Sequence record: LC727697.1
DNA length: 64,000 nt
Reading direction: 5' to 3' (one strand)
The position numbers and the translations under genes were made by a program. The notes beneath the pieces were generated by a model. That model saw only the letters and a list, made by a program, of their open reading frames with translations. It was not told where the DNA came from and ran no database searches. Position 1 is the first letter of the stretch. Every line of letters begins with the position of its first letter. Shown piece by piece: positions 8,007-17,131 of this stretch.

Positions 8007-8363
8007 TCAAACGTTAGCTTCGTACCATTCGAAAGAAGATTTAATTTGTTCTACTTCGTTTGAAGTAATTGTTCTCGGAGTAAGAAATTCTTCATACGAA
8101 GACGGTTTAATTTCATTTACGTCGTCTTCTGATTTCAAACCGAGATACTCGCCTGTTTGAATAGAATAAACATGATACATTTGTTTGCCTTGCTTAATTC
8201 CTGCTCGATGCCCGCGGACTACCGAATCAACTACAACGCCATTAGCAGTTGAAATAGGAGTGATAACATTGAGTCGAACAACAATACGGGTATTATGCAT
8301 TTTAATACATTCCTTTCCAAAAATCGTCTTCATCTTGATATGTATCGTATTCATATATGTCAC
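8007..8363 (-). CDS. hypothetical protein
   Basis: ORF ending at terminator; start uncertain. Confidence 0.7.
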   Translation of the reverse strand: MTYMNTIHIKMKTIFGKECIKMHNTRIVVRLNVITPISTANGVVVDSVVRGHRAGIKQGKQMYHVYSIQTGEYLGLKSEDDVNEIKPSSYEEFLTPRTITSNEVEQIKSSFEWYEANV

Positions 8364-8577
8364 GTTGTTTCTTTTTGCGTTTTCTTAATACTTCTTCTCT
8401 AATAGATTTTACATAACCTACTCTACCCGGAGTTTCGTACACATAACAGCGTTTTATCTGAACCCTTATAGGAATTAAATCCATATAATGGTATACTGCC
8501 CAGATATATTTAAAATCATAACCTTTTATAATTATTTTTCTTATAGGTGCTTCTTCGTGCGGAACATCACCGATCAT
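8302..8577 (-). CDS. hypothetical protein
   Basis: 91-aa ORF in operon. Confidence 0.6.
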   Translation of the reverse strand: MIGDVPHEEAPIRKIIIKGYDFKYIWAVYHYMDLIPIRVQIKRCYVYETPGRVGYVKSIREEVLRKRKKKQRDIYEYDTYQDEDDFWKGMY

Positions 8578-8614
8578 TAGGATAGGGTAATCTGTATATG
8601 CTTCTATTTACTTC

Positions 8615-8851
8615 TTACCTATCGTCAACTACTTTGCGATTATTTGTTTCTGCCCATTCGTATATGCCTGTAAGTTCCTTACAGTTTTCGCACGAAAAAT
8701 ATACTACATTTAATGGATCATCTGCACATACTTTTGGTATTTTTATGTTTATAAGAGTGCTACCACATTTTGCACAGATGATATGTAATTTATTTGCCAT
8801 AGCTATTAATTTATCGCTTTGTTTAACAGCATTGTGCATATAGTAACACAT
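8615..8851 (-). CDS. CxxC/CxxC zinc-ribbon protein
   Basis: CAKC ... CENC. Confidence 0.65.
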   Translation of the reverse strand: MCYYMHNAVKQSDKLIAMANKLHIICAKCGSTLINIKIPKVCADDPLNVVYFSCENCKELTGIYEWAETNNRKVVDDR

Positions 8852-8886
8852 GTAATATTTAATTCAATAGAAAATATTATTACATA

Positions 8887-8956
8887 GCAAATGCAAATTA
8901 ATCTTGTTTAACTTGTAACATACAAAAGAAGCAGGAATAATTCCTGCTTCTTTTTC
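8887..8956. terminator. operator (reverse orientation) + intrinsic terminator
   Basis: GCAAATGCAAATTAATCTTGTTTAAC then AAAAGAAGCAGGAA-TAA-TTCCTGCTTCTTTT. Confidence 0.8.
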
Positions 8957-9289
8957 TCAGCTCAGTTCTTCTATTCGATTTGCTCTACGTAGAGCTTCGA
9001 CGAGAATTGATTGCATAAGAGGTGAATCAGTGTAATCTGCAATAACTTCGTAATCACTATTGCAATAAATGCAATACACATGACCTACCTTCACTTTCTC
9101 TGCATTATAAATACAGAATGTATCACTGTCGGTAGACATGATAGAATTCATAATATCTTTTACAGAAGTACTCTTCTCGATCGCCCAATCACCCCCTTCG
9201 TAAACGGAAACTGAATAACCCCGGGCAATTGCATGAGTAACAAAACCACGTACAATATAACGCATATTTCTTACACTGATAGTATTCAT
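8957..9289 (-). CDS. conserved-looking phage hypothetical protein
   Basis: GYSVSVY.G...STS...IM..TD.D...V.ADY pattern; AGGAG SD. Confidence 0.75.
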   Translation of the reverse strand: MNTISVRNMRYIVRGFVTHAIARGYSVSVYEGGDWAIEKSTSVKDIMNSIMSTDSDTFCIYNAEKVKVGHVYCIYCNSDYEVIADYTDSPLMQSILVEALRRANRIEELS

Positions 9290-9316
9290 TGCCGTTCTCC
9301 TGTGTAGAGAGAATTA

Positions 9317-9718
9317 CTAATTAGCGTTCCAGCAAGTGTCAAACACAAGCAAATCTGTTAGTAGTTTCCACTCCGCTGCGGCAAGGTATGCCGAATGTTT
9401 TTCTACAAATTCGGGACTATGTAACGAAACTGACCAGCCGTTGCCGCGAATATACACCCGTTCTTTACTCCGGGCTACCTTGCCGTCTTTACGCATTGCA
9501 TCCTTGTGATGCGGATGCCCGGCAGTGCTAGACCACTGTACTGCCATTTGATGCAGTGCTACTTCGAAAAGTTCTGCATCTGACATGTTTATGTCCAGAT
9601 CCGGCACTTCAGCATCATATATGTTTGTCCCTACATAAAACTTTGCGTAACTTTTCATGACAGACAATCCTTTATGTTTTAGTTCTGTTATTAAACTTCT
9701 ATAAACACATAATAGCAA
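9317..9718 (-). CDS. hypothetical protein (likely start MKSYAK at 9658)
   Basis: ORF downstream of promoter at about 9710-9740. Confidence 0.7.
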   Translation of the reverse strand: MLLCVYRSLITELKHKGLSVMKSYAKFYVGTNIYDAEVPDLDINMSDAELFEVALHQMAVQWSSTAGHPHHKDAMRKDGKVARSKERVYIRGNGWSVSLHSPEFVEKHSAYLAAAEWKLLTDLLVFDTCWNAN

Positions 9719-9817
9719 AACTACTATGTATTGTAACTCAAAAATTTGTAACAGAGATCCTATCTAAGTTTTCCATCTCATATCCATGTTTAGAAGTCGT
9801 TTCTATTATACAAGATA

Positions 9818-9848
9818 GCAAATGCAAATAAGATTAATTAGTGTTTGC
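9818..9848. promoter_or_regulatory. Fur-box-like operator
   Basis: GCAAAT GCAAAT AAGATT A ATTAGT GTTTGC. Confidence 0.7.
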
Positions 9849-9899
9849 AATTTAACAACTGTGTTACTAATATATTCTTTTATAGATATATTGCAAATG

Positions 9900-10076
9900 T
9901 TAGTATGTTACTCCTACCCAAAAGTAGCCTACTCGCAGGTAGCAGTGATGGCCGTCATAATATATCGGCTTACACCAAATAAAAGGTTCATTGGGTTTGC
10001 TACCCCAAGTCGGATCCCATCCTATATTCCAATCACCATAACGCACAGCCCAATATATATGTTTTAAGATATTCAT
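9900..10076 (-). CDS. small Trp/Tyr-rich protein (58 aa)
   Basis: Manual translation MNILKHIYWAVRYGDWNIGWDPTWGSKPNEPFIWCKPIYYDGHHCYLRVGYFWVGVTY. Confidence 0.55.
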   Translation of the reverse strand: MNILKHIYWAVRYGDWNIGWDPTWGSKPNEPFIWCKPIYYDGHHCYLRVGYFWVGVTY

Positions 10077-10228
10077 TTATTTTTGCCTCTATCATAATAG
10101 CTAGTTGATATTTTTGTAGTTATCATAAGATAATTACTACTTAGCATCAAAGACAAAGTAGTCATGCCTTCTTTATTGTCACTTAATACAGGAATAAAGA
10201 ACTGGAATTAATTATTCTTTATTTTTTG

Positions 10229-10282
10229 CAGTATTGATGCTGATACAAGAAACTGTAATAGTCTATATCAGCATCAATACTG
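10229..10282. repeat. perfect 17-bp inverted repeat
   Basis: CAGTATTGATGCTGATA-20-TATCAGCATCAATACTG. Confidence 0.95.
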
Positions 10283-10287
10283 ATAAT

Positions 10288-10518
10288 TTACTCTGTAGAC
10301 GTAGAAACTAGTGCTTGAACATTAATCGAGAAATTGCTATACATTTGATTAGTAAATTTCTCGAAATCATCTGATTCGACGAATTTTGCCATTGCAGCCA
10401 AAAAAGCTTTCTTTTTATCACTTTCGGGATCATCAGTAGGATGGGCATATTCACTGATAGCTTCGTTTTGGCCATGGATACCGATGTTAAAGACATATCC
10501 GTTATATTTGAGGCTCAT
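10288..10518 (-). CDS. hypothetical protein
   Basis: 76 aa, AGGAG SD. Confidence 0.7.
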   Translation of the reverse strand: MSLKYNGYVFNIGIHGQNEAISEYAHPTDDPESDKKKAFLAAMAKFVESDDFEKFTNQMYSNFSINVQALVSTSTE

Positions 10519-10572
10519 TTATGCTGCTCCTTCTGGTAGGATCATAATGATAATTCTCTCGCTTTACTTCAA

Positions 10573-10626
10573 TTATTTCTTTGCATTCTTATAAAGCTGA
10601 TTTATTGTTTCCCAGTCGGGTTGTTC
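10573..10626. repeat. 54-bp direct repeat copy 1
   Basis: 51/54 identical to 13848-13901. Confidence 0.9.
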
Positions 10627-10829
10627 GTAGATGTCATATGGGTGAGCTCCGATTCAACAGCCTGTAGTGCTGCTCGCATTCTGGCATTCTCTGCCTTTAG
10701 CTGTTCCAGCTCAGCTATAAGACTGAGAATTTCTTGTGGCTTTGCTGATGCTATTAACGCCACATAGCTATCAAATTTACAATCGAGAGCCTGTTCCGCT
10801 AGCTTCTTCATTTTGTTGATGTCAATCAT
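10602..10829 (-). CDS. ead/Ea22-like protein
   Basis: MIDINKMKKLAE...A.P..IL.LIAELE.L.AEN pattern. Confidence 0.6.
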   Translation of the reverse strand: MIDINKMKKLAEQALDCKFDSYVALIASAKPQEILSLIAELEQLKAENARMRAALQAVESELTHMTSTNNPTGKQ

Positions 10830-10853
10830 TTGGTGGCTCCTTTGAGGATTTCG

Positions 10854-11168
10854 TTAAGATCGCAGCATCTCGGCGAGTTGATCGACAGTCTCTCGCAGCG
10901 CCTCGTTCTCCGCCTTGAGTTTGTCGATCTCGTCTAGCAAGTCGAGGACGGCTCGGGGGTTGGCGGCAGCACAGAAAGTGGCGTTAGCCTTGTCCTGCTC
11001 CAAATCGCTGTAAAAGCCTTCGTTACCGATCACGACTTCGCCATTGTCCGCTCGGATTACAGGAAACAGATTCGACCATGCAATGTCATCGCCTTCCTCC
11101 CAAGTTGCATACCACGGACCCGGCGTAGCCAGTTTTGCTAGCTTTTTTATTTTGTTGGTGTCGGTCAT
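10854..11168 (-). CDS. ead/Ea22-like protein
   Basis: LAKLATPGPW...ANATFCAAANP.AVL.LLDE pattern typical of the Ea22 family. Confidence 0.7.
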   Translation of the reverse strand: MTDTNKIKKLAKLATPGPWYATWEEGDDIAWSNLFPVIRADNGEVVIGNEGFYSDLEQDKANATFCAAANPRAVLDLLDEIDKLKAENEALRETVDQLAEMLRS

Positions 11169-11356
11169 GGAATCATCTCCGCCATTTCGGTAATAGCCTT
11201 TGCTAGGGCAAGGGCGTGTTCACAGTTACGGGCGCTTTTGCGAAGTGGAGTGCTGACGATGCGCATGTTAGTCACCCAAAATGTAAGCGATTAGGCAGGC
11301 GTAAATGGCCAGTCCAGGATGGCCAGAGAAGGCAAGGACTAGAGCGATTACCCAGA

Positions 11357-11623
11357 TCATGCGATCTCCTCCTTCGCCTGCAGTGTCATGTTGAGGTTAT
11401 ATTGCTTAGCGCAGGAGCAAAGGCGGCGAAGTTCATCGTTCTCGTCCGCCATGTGAAAAAATTCGATGTTGTAGTTGTTCAGCTTCAACTTACCGCTGCT
11501 GAATTTGGCAGATACGCGATGGCCTTGCGTGTGCAGGCTAAGGCCAAGATAGCGGAGTATCGACCTGTGGTCGGTTGGGATAGGTTCGTTCTTTGTGTTG
11601 ACGACAAACAAATTGATGGTCAT
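11357..11623 (-). CDS. hypothetical protein
   Basis: ORF in GC-rich island, tightly spaced. Confidence 0.65.
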   Translation of the reverse strand: MTINLFVVNTKNEPIPTDHRSILRYLGLSLHTQGHRVSAKFSSGKLKLNNYNIEFFHMADENDELRRLCSCAKQYNLNMTLQAKEEIA

Positions 11624-11626
11624 GCT

Positions 11627-12028
11627 TCACCCGAAGTCATACGCTTTCAGAACGCCATGTTTATCGTAGCCGACTTGACCACAATCTATGCTGCCTACCC
11701 AATCAGGAAAGTTTGCATGGGTGTTGTTCTTCCAATCCACTTCAACCAAACGCTCTTGCATGACGCAAATGAAGCCTCCGATTTCTAGCCAGCGTCCGCG
11801 CGCCAAGTAGCTGCCGGAACAGCTACCTTCCCAATCGTTGCACCGCTCACCCCTGTCATTAATCGGGAACTTCAGGACGTAATGCTTAGATAGAAAGCAT
11901 GCCCGTGTGATACCAATCTTCGGCTCACCGTACTTGGCAAACAACCGATTCAGTTGTTGCTGGGCAAGTTCATTGCGGTGCTGGGCGATGAAACCGCCAA
12001 ACAGCAATTTGTCCAACACAATGTTCAT
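11627..12028 (-). CDS. minimal protein-kinase-like fold protein
   Basis: G..R..F...YVLK.P....G..CN.WE ... MQER ... D..QVG...AYDFG. Confidence 0.5.
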   Translation of the reverse strand: MNIVLDKLLFGGFIAQHRNELAQQQLNRLFAKYGEPKIGITRACFLSKHYVLKFPINDRGERCNDWEGSCSGSYLARGRWLEIGGFICVMQERLVEVDWKNNTHANFPDWVGSIDCGQVGYDKHGVLKAYDFG

Positions 12029-12052
12029 TCTGCGTGTCCTACGTGGAGACCA

Positions 12053-12487
12053 TTACAGATCCCGGATAGCTTCGGCGTTTTTTTCAAACCACTTGACTAG
12101 CTTTTGCATAGCTTCGGCTGGTGTCTTGCCCTTGATCTTGCGGAACTTGATCACTTCCGAACGATAGGGGATAGACCACGTTAGCAGCTCAATTTCGACC
12201 GGCGAACCTTCTGGCAATACATTCCCGCGATTGTCACACAAATTCATCATAAAGCGCATGTAACCGCTCGCATTCATCAGAATGCTGTTCGGGGCTTCGG
12301 AAGCGCAACCGACATTCGCAAACGAAATTGTCATCGACGGACCAAGGTTATCGGAAACCGACGCGGCGGCGATGTAATTCGGAAAAATCTTAGCCATGGA
12401 AGTTTTGAAGTCTTCGGCGGCTTGCTTGGTGTTTTCTACGATCATTTTTGAATCTCCGGGGCTGTTAGTCATGGCTTGTCTCCCCAT
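12053..12487 (-). CDS. hypothetical protein
   Basis: ORF in GC-rich island. Confidence 0.7.
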   Translation of the reverse strand: MGRQAMTNSPGDSKMIVENTKQAAEDFKTSMAKIFPNYIAAASVSDNLGPSMTISFANVGCASEAPNSILMNASGYMRFMMNLCDNRGNVLPEGSPVEIELLTWSIPYRSEVIKFRKIKGKTPAEAMQKLVKWFEKNAEAIRDL

Positions 12488-12735
12488 TTCACTTCAAGCC
12501 ACAGGTCAACAGACTGGCGTCCTTCGGCATGCACCGCACAGTCGAAGCCGAGACTACGCAACACTTTGAGGATCGCTTCGCTGCGCCGCGAGGTGCCGAT
12601 GCCGAACCCATAGGCGCGGGTAGTGTACACGTACTTTCCTTCTGCGGCTGCTTTGGCGATGTCGTTGAGGATGGCATCGACATCGTCTTTCGCTCGCGCT
12701 ATGTCACGGGCTTGCTCAGCGGTCAGTCTGCTCAT
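12469..12735 (-). CDS. hypothetical protein (88 aa, MSRLTAEQARDIA...)
   Basis: Internal ATG at 12735 overlaps stop of 12732-13055; the longer ORF-track start is antisense/overlap noise. Confidence 0.7.
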   Translation of the reverse strand: MSRLTAEQARDIARAKDDVDAILNDIAKAAAEGKYVYTTRAYGFGIGTSRRSEAILKVLRSLGFDCAVHAEGRQSVDLWLEVKWGDKP

Positions 12736-13055
12736 TTCACTGCCTCGATACCGGCTTCTTGGAGGGCTTCTTCCTGCGCCTTGAGCATTGCTTCGTAGGC
12801 TGGGAGGCATAGACCTCCTATGTAGTTTGTATCTGGGCAGACCACGGCGTCGTAGGTATCTTCCAACCAAGACGGGCACTGCCGCGGCATCGGGACGTAA
12901 TCCTTCATCAGTGCCACACGACTGGCTTTCCAGGCCTCGTAGCGTGCCTGAACATGCGGGTTGAGGTACAAGTCGTCGACTGCATTGTACGCAAGCGGTG
13001 CCGAAGAACGAGTCCGAACCCACGATTCAAATTCTTTTTTCATGTTAGGCTCCAT
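12732..13055 (-). CDS. hypothetical protein
   Basis: EFE.W...Y....VQA.YEAW.ASR pattern typical of prophage accessory genes. Confidence 0.7.
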   Translation of the reverse strand: MEPNMKKEFESWVRTRSSAPLAYNAVDDLYLNPHVQARYEAWKASRVALMKDYVPMPRQCPSWLEDTYDAVVCPDTNYIGGLCLPAYEAMLKAQEEALQEAGIEAVK

Positions 13056-13131
13056 TAAATCAAAACGTTATGTGTTACTTCTACTATACGTACTAACAGT
13101 ATACAACGTATTAGTACGTATAGCAAACGAA

Positions 13132-13719
13132 TTATTTGTCTATCCACGCAAAGTAAAATGACTTGTCCTCGGGACAACCTACTTTGATGTACTGATACGT
13201 GTCAACATCAGTATTCTCTTTTACTAGAGCTACTAATCTATCAATACAATTGAAATTTGACTCGCTACTATCTTTACGCACAAACCACGGAGTGATCTGG
13301 ATTTCTGATCCCAAATGATACATAACTGCTTTTATGTTTTTTGCAACAAACCAACTGTCAGAAATATCTACTGCACTGTGGTTAACAGTTACATAATCTG
13401 CATTATCGGGTGTTACACTAAATAGGTAATCGACATCCGGTAAACGAACCATACTAAGTGTGGCATATCCTTTAGTGATGTGTTTAGCTTCTATACCAAG
13501 TTCGTTCAGTATACTTTCAGTAGAATGACTCCAAAATTCTACTATATTGATAATAACACGCCACTGAGCTGATTGAAGGATCCGATATTGGATGATACGT
13601 AACTTGCCGGTCCACTCATAGCTTCGTTCATCCATAACTGCTTCGACTTCGATATCATCCCCGTCTTTGATATCCCATGCATAGCACATATCATTTCTCC
13701 TGTATATAGTTTTATGCAA
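13132..13719 (-). CDS. hypothetical protein (likely start MCYAW at 13689)
   Basis: AGGAG SD upstream of 13689. Confidence 0.75.
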   Translation of the reverse strand: MHKTIYRRNDMCYAWDIKDGDDIEVEAVMDERSYEWTGKLRIIQYRILQSAQWRVIINIVEFWSHSTESILNELGIEAKHITKGYATLSMVRLPDVDYLFSVTPDNADYVTVNHSAVDISDSWFVAKNIKAVMYHLGSEIQITPWFVRKDSSESNFNCIDRLVALVKENTDVDTYQYIKVGCPEDKSFYFAWIDK

Positions 13720-13771
13720 CTACATGTAATGTAGCACTTCAAAATAGAAAACACAATAGGATTAAATTTGT

Positions 13772-13838
13772 GCAAATAAGATTAATTAGTATTTGCTAAT
13801 ATAGATCCAAAAAGAAAGGGAATTATAATTCCCTTTCT
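13772..13838. terminator. operator + intrinsic terminator
   Basis: GCAAAT AAGATT A ATTAGT ATTTGC then AGAAAGGGAA-TTATAA-TTCCCTTTCT. Confidence 0.8.
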
Positions 13839-13847
13839 AAATATGCA

Positions 13848-14396
13848 TTATTTCTTTGCATTCTTATAAAGTTGATTTATTGTTTCCCAGTTGGGATGTT
13901 CAGAATCCCATACTTGCCAATTAGGATAACAAAGTTTTATTTCAGATAACCTCTTTGTAGTAACGTCATTAAACAATGAAAAATCTTCCTTCATTGTTTC
14001 GTATACATTGTCCGGTAACATGTTGTCGGCTTTTTTGTAATATTCTGTTACTTCGTTGAAACTCGAGTATTTCTTTAAAAGTCGACGAAATTCTTTTACA
14101 TTCTTTTCATATCTTGCATACAAAGGTGCTAATACGTTGAATGCATTATAATTAAATCCTATCTTATATACTACATTCATTTCTCGAAGATCTGTCATGA
14201 ATCGATTCTGAACTTCGTATAATTCGTTAAATGAAGGAGTAAGAACACCAATACGTTTAACAAACGACAGTGATGACTTGCGCTTAGATTGATCATCACT
14301 ACCTGAAGGTTCGAATTTAAATTCCAAGTCGGCAACTGGATTTACCTTGTAATGTTCTAGAAAGAAATAAAATACTTCTAATGCTTTGTAGTTCAT
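13848..14396 (-). CDS. hypothetical protein
   Basis: 182-aa ORF; its last 54 bp are duplicated at 10573. Confidence 0.75.
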   Translation of the reverse strand: MNYKALEVFYFFLEHYKVNPVADLEFKFEPSGSDDQSKRKSSLSFVKRIGVLTPSFNELYEVQNRFMTDLREMNVVYKIGFNYNAFNVLAPLYARYEKNVKEFRRLLKKYSSFNEVTEYYKKADNMLPDNVYETMKEDFSLFNDVTTKRLSEIKLCYPNWQVWDSEHPNWETINQLYKNAKK

Positions 14397-14983
14397 TCTT
14401 TATTCCATAATGTGTTTTTGTAATGTAGCATGTTTAAATCAATTTCTCTTACATAAAACTTCTTTGTTTCGTTAGTACATATAGAATGAACATGCATATG
14501 TTCTTGTAGTTCATTTACCATACTATCATTAATACAGACAAATATATCTCCTGTTTCTAATCGAATATACTTATTGTTTGAAATATAATTAAGATTAAAC
14601 GGATTCTCGTGAATTCCAATATTAGCTGTTGCCCAGCTAACTTGAGTATTCTCTTTAATATTAAAAACATTTCCACGAGGAACTGAATCGTAAAACATTC
14701 TTATATCTCCTACTCTAAATTTAGAGCAATCAGTAATAGAAATATACGAATGTACAACAGGTGTTTTTTTATCTAGTTTGACATCATTTTCTACATATGT
14801 ATAAGAAATAATTACCTTTATATAATCACGACTATGTGATATTTCAGTATGTAGGAATGTTTTATTTCTTAGTAATTTATATGAGATATATCCTGACTCA
14901 AAAGTCTTCAGATAATTTATTTTGAAATTTTCTTCTATTAGACTAGTGTATCGATTAATAGCAGCAGTCAAAGAAAATGACAT
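14393..14983 (-). CDS. hypothetical protein
   Basis: 196-aa ORF, AGGA SD. Confidence 0.75.
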   Translation of the reverse strand: MSFSLTAAINRYTSLIEENFKINYLKTFESGYISYKLLRNKTFLHTEISHSRDYIKVIISYTYVENDVKLDKKTPVVHSYISITDCSKFRVGDIRMFYDSVPRGNVFNIKENTQVSWATANIGIHENPFNLNYISNNKYIRLETGDIFVCINDSMVNELQEHMHVHSICTNETKKFYVREIDLNMLHYKNTLWNKE

Positions 14984-15140
14984 AGTATGTTCCTAATAAT
15001 CAAAACATTGTAATGTACATTTGATTTATGCAGTGTAACACATATATCAAACTGTCAACAAGTAACAGCCATATTATGCCCTTGTATACATATATGGTTA
15101 ATACTATAGTAGATATTCACAGTAGCTAACGCTACATGTG

Positions 15141-15842
15141 AATTATTGTTTAGTTTTTATCTTCATATTCATTACGATAAAACTAAACAATAATTAATTC
15201 TTATTTGTAATTATATTGCTTTTGCTCTTGCTCTTAGCGGTAAGGGTGAAGGCCCTTAGATGCTGTGCAAAGCACAGCAGAAGCGTCCATTTCCAAGTAG
15301 GTTCAGGAAATTATATTCTCCCGTAATTACGGGAGAATATAAAACCCATATGCCAATATAGGACGAGGGCATAAGTACTCAAAACCATTTCGTAATATGG
15401 ACGAGGCGGGGACCTTTTTCCTCAGATTACATCATTCTCTCATTGTTTCCAATGAATCCCGGAACATCGATGTTATATACCTATGCTAGAAAATTTACAT
15501 CAATGCTGAAGTTGGTGTGTATATTCTTTTGTATATCCGTGTGAAATACAAGCAAGAATTACACTCTGTTTCTACCAGAGCTTCATCCTTTTATTACATA
15601 TCTAATATCGGATAAGATATATAATACGTTTCGCATAGTCCTTTGCAACATTAGACATATCCTTGTCTAACGACTATACTTCAGCACCCAAAATCATAAT
15701 TTAAATAACCCACTTTTGTATGCTTTAATCTGTCTCTAACAGAACAATACTGTGGGCACGATGGGGATAGTTTCTACTACCAATATCCAATAATGGAACA
15801 GAGCTGCTTGTGAATGGAACAAAGTAGCTGTTACGACAGCAT
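15141..15842 (-). ncRNA. candidate structured ncRNA 2 (about 600-700 nt)
   Basis: Consensus promoter upstream, no ORF of 60 aa or more, nested helices, GAAA tetraloop, terminal long hairpin. Confidence 0.7.
15311..15342. repeat. perfect 32-bp palindrome
   Basis: TTATATTCTCCCGTAATTACGGGAGAATATAA. Confidence 0.95.
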
Positions 15843-15848
15843 GAACAA

Positions 15849-15877
15849 ATTATACTAGTATACACATCAAATGTCAA
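15849..15877 (-). promoter_or_regulatory. consensus sigma70 promoter
   Basis: TTGACA-17-TATAAT. Confidence 0.9.
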
Positions 15878-15898
15878 ATACTTTGATTATGTATAATT

Positions 15899-16156
15899 TT
15901 AAATCTTAAATGATACTACTTCAAAGTCTTCTACTTTAAGCTTAAACTTCTTATCCTGTTCTGTTCTTGCCGTAAGATATTCTTGTAGAGTATTCATATG
16001 ACTAAATCCGAAGCCGGATTTGTGCAGACTACGGATCCTATCAATTACATATTCTACATCTTCGTTATAATTAATTGGAGATACAGTATCTGATGAGAAA
16101 TGATCTAATTGAAGATAAATGGTATCATGTTTTTTGTTAACGTAAAGTTTTGGCAT
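15899..16156 (-). CDS. hypothetical protein
   Basis: Tightly packed operon. Confidence 0.65.
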   Translation of the reverse strand: MPKLYVNKKHDTIYLQLDHFSSDTVSPINYNEDVEYVIDRIRSLHKSGFGFSHMNTLQEYLTARTEQDKKFKLKVEDFEVVSFKI

Positions 16157-16157
16157 T

Positions 16158-16355
16158 TTATTTTACCTTATCTAAGTTAATAACTGCATCTGACCGTATG
16201 CAAACGGTGTTATTAAAAATACCACCTACTTTGTTACATTTTTCTTCTAGTACATTTATTTCTGTGTATTGTAGAATTAATACCCATACACACAAGATAA
16301 TAATTGTACCCAAACTAATCAATGGCCAATCTGTAAATCCTGTTTGTTTTTTCAT
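16158..16355 (-). CDS. membrane-anchored protein
   Basis: TM helix then C..VGG......C motif. Confidence 0.65.
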   Translation of the reverse strand: MKKQTGFTDWPLISLGTIIILCVWVLILQYTEINVLEEKCNKVGGIFNNTVCIRSDAVINLDKVK

Positions 16356-16368
16356 ATATTCCTCAAAA

Positions 16369-16773
16369 TTAATAAAACGAAGCTATTCCGTATTCTAAAT
16401 TAGAGTCAAAATATACTATATATCTTTCACTATTATTCAACAAATCTATTTGTTCTTGTGTTATTTCTGTATATTTAAATTTTATAATAGATTTATGTGT
16501 AACTAAATCATTGAGCTTAGCATAAAGATTGTCTAATACAGGCATTTCATCAGTGTTTACTTCGTTTAATATAACGGCAACACTTTCTTGCTGGCAATAT
16601 ATATAATATATATTCATTACTACATAAAGGTATTTTATTCCCTTTATACTTGTCCTACTCTTAGCACTAACACATACATGTTCCATATCTTTGTTAAAAC
16701 CATACTGAAAATGTTTATTTGCATGTATGTTTACGTACCCGATTAGTTTAGCAATTTTAAGAATATCTTCCAT
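16369..16773 (-). CDS. hypothetical protein
   Basis: Tightly packed operon. Confidence 0.65.
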   Translation of the reverse strand: MEDILKIAKLIGYVNIHANKHFQYGFNKDMEHVCVSAKSRTSIKGIKYLYVVMNIYYIYCQQESVAVILNEVNTDEMPVLDNLYAKLNDLVTHKSIIKFKYTEITQEQIDLLNNSERYIVYFDSNLEYGIASFY

Positions 16774-16774
16774 A

Positions 16775-17116
16775 TTAATTATAATAATTAGTGGGTAAAT
16801 ATTTGTTTCTGTAATTCAGCAATACGCTATGAGTGCATGAATCGGAATTAGAAAATACATGCGCATGCATGAGTATGTGTGTTTCTGCATACGGGTTGCA
16901 TTTTACTTCAACCGTTATTTTTATTATATGATCCCATATGATAGCGAAACATCCAATTTCTTGTTTTATATTCGAATATTTAAGGATTGCGACCATAACC
17001 AGTATTTTATTTAATTTATATGATTGTATTTTTTGCTGAAGAGGAACAGACAGATCAGTTATAGTGCATGCCTTATCAAAATCAAAGTCTTCTGTATTTC
17101 CGTTTTTATCTATCAT
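16775..17116 (-). CDS. hypothetical protein
   Basis: Tightly packed operon. Confidence 0.65.
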   Translation of the reverse strand: MIDKNGNTEDFDFDKACTITDLSVPLQQKIQSYKLNKILVMVAILKYSNIKQEIGCFAIIWDHIIKITVEVKCNPYAETHILMHAHVFSNSDSCTHSVLLNYRNKYLPTNYYN

Positions 17117-17131
17117 ATGTCACTACTTCTT

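Noticed and set aside
11216-11788. Long plus-strand ORFs (also 633-977, 2392-3006, 18771-19436, 19175-19549, 59770-60279)
   Set aside because: Antisense shadows of GC-rich minus-strand genes that have SD, promoter and terminator support.
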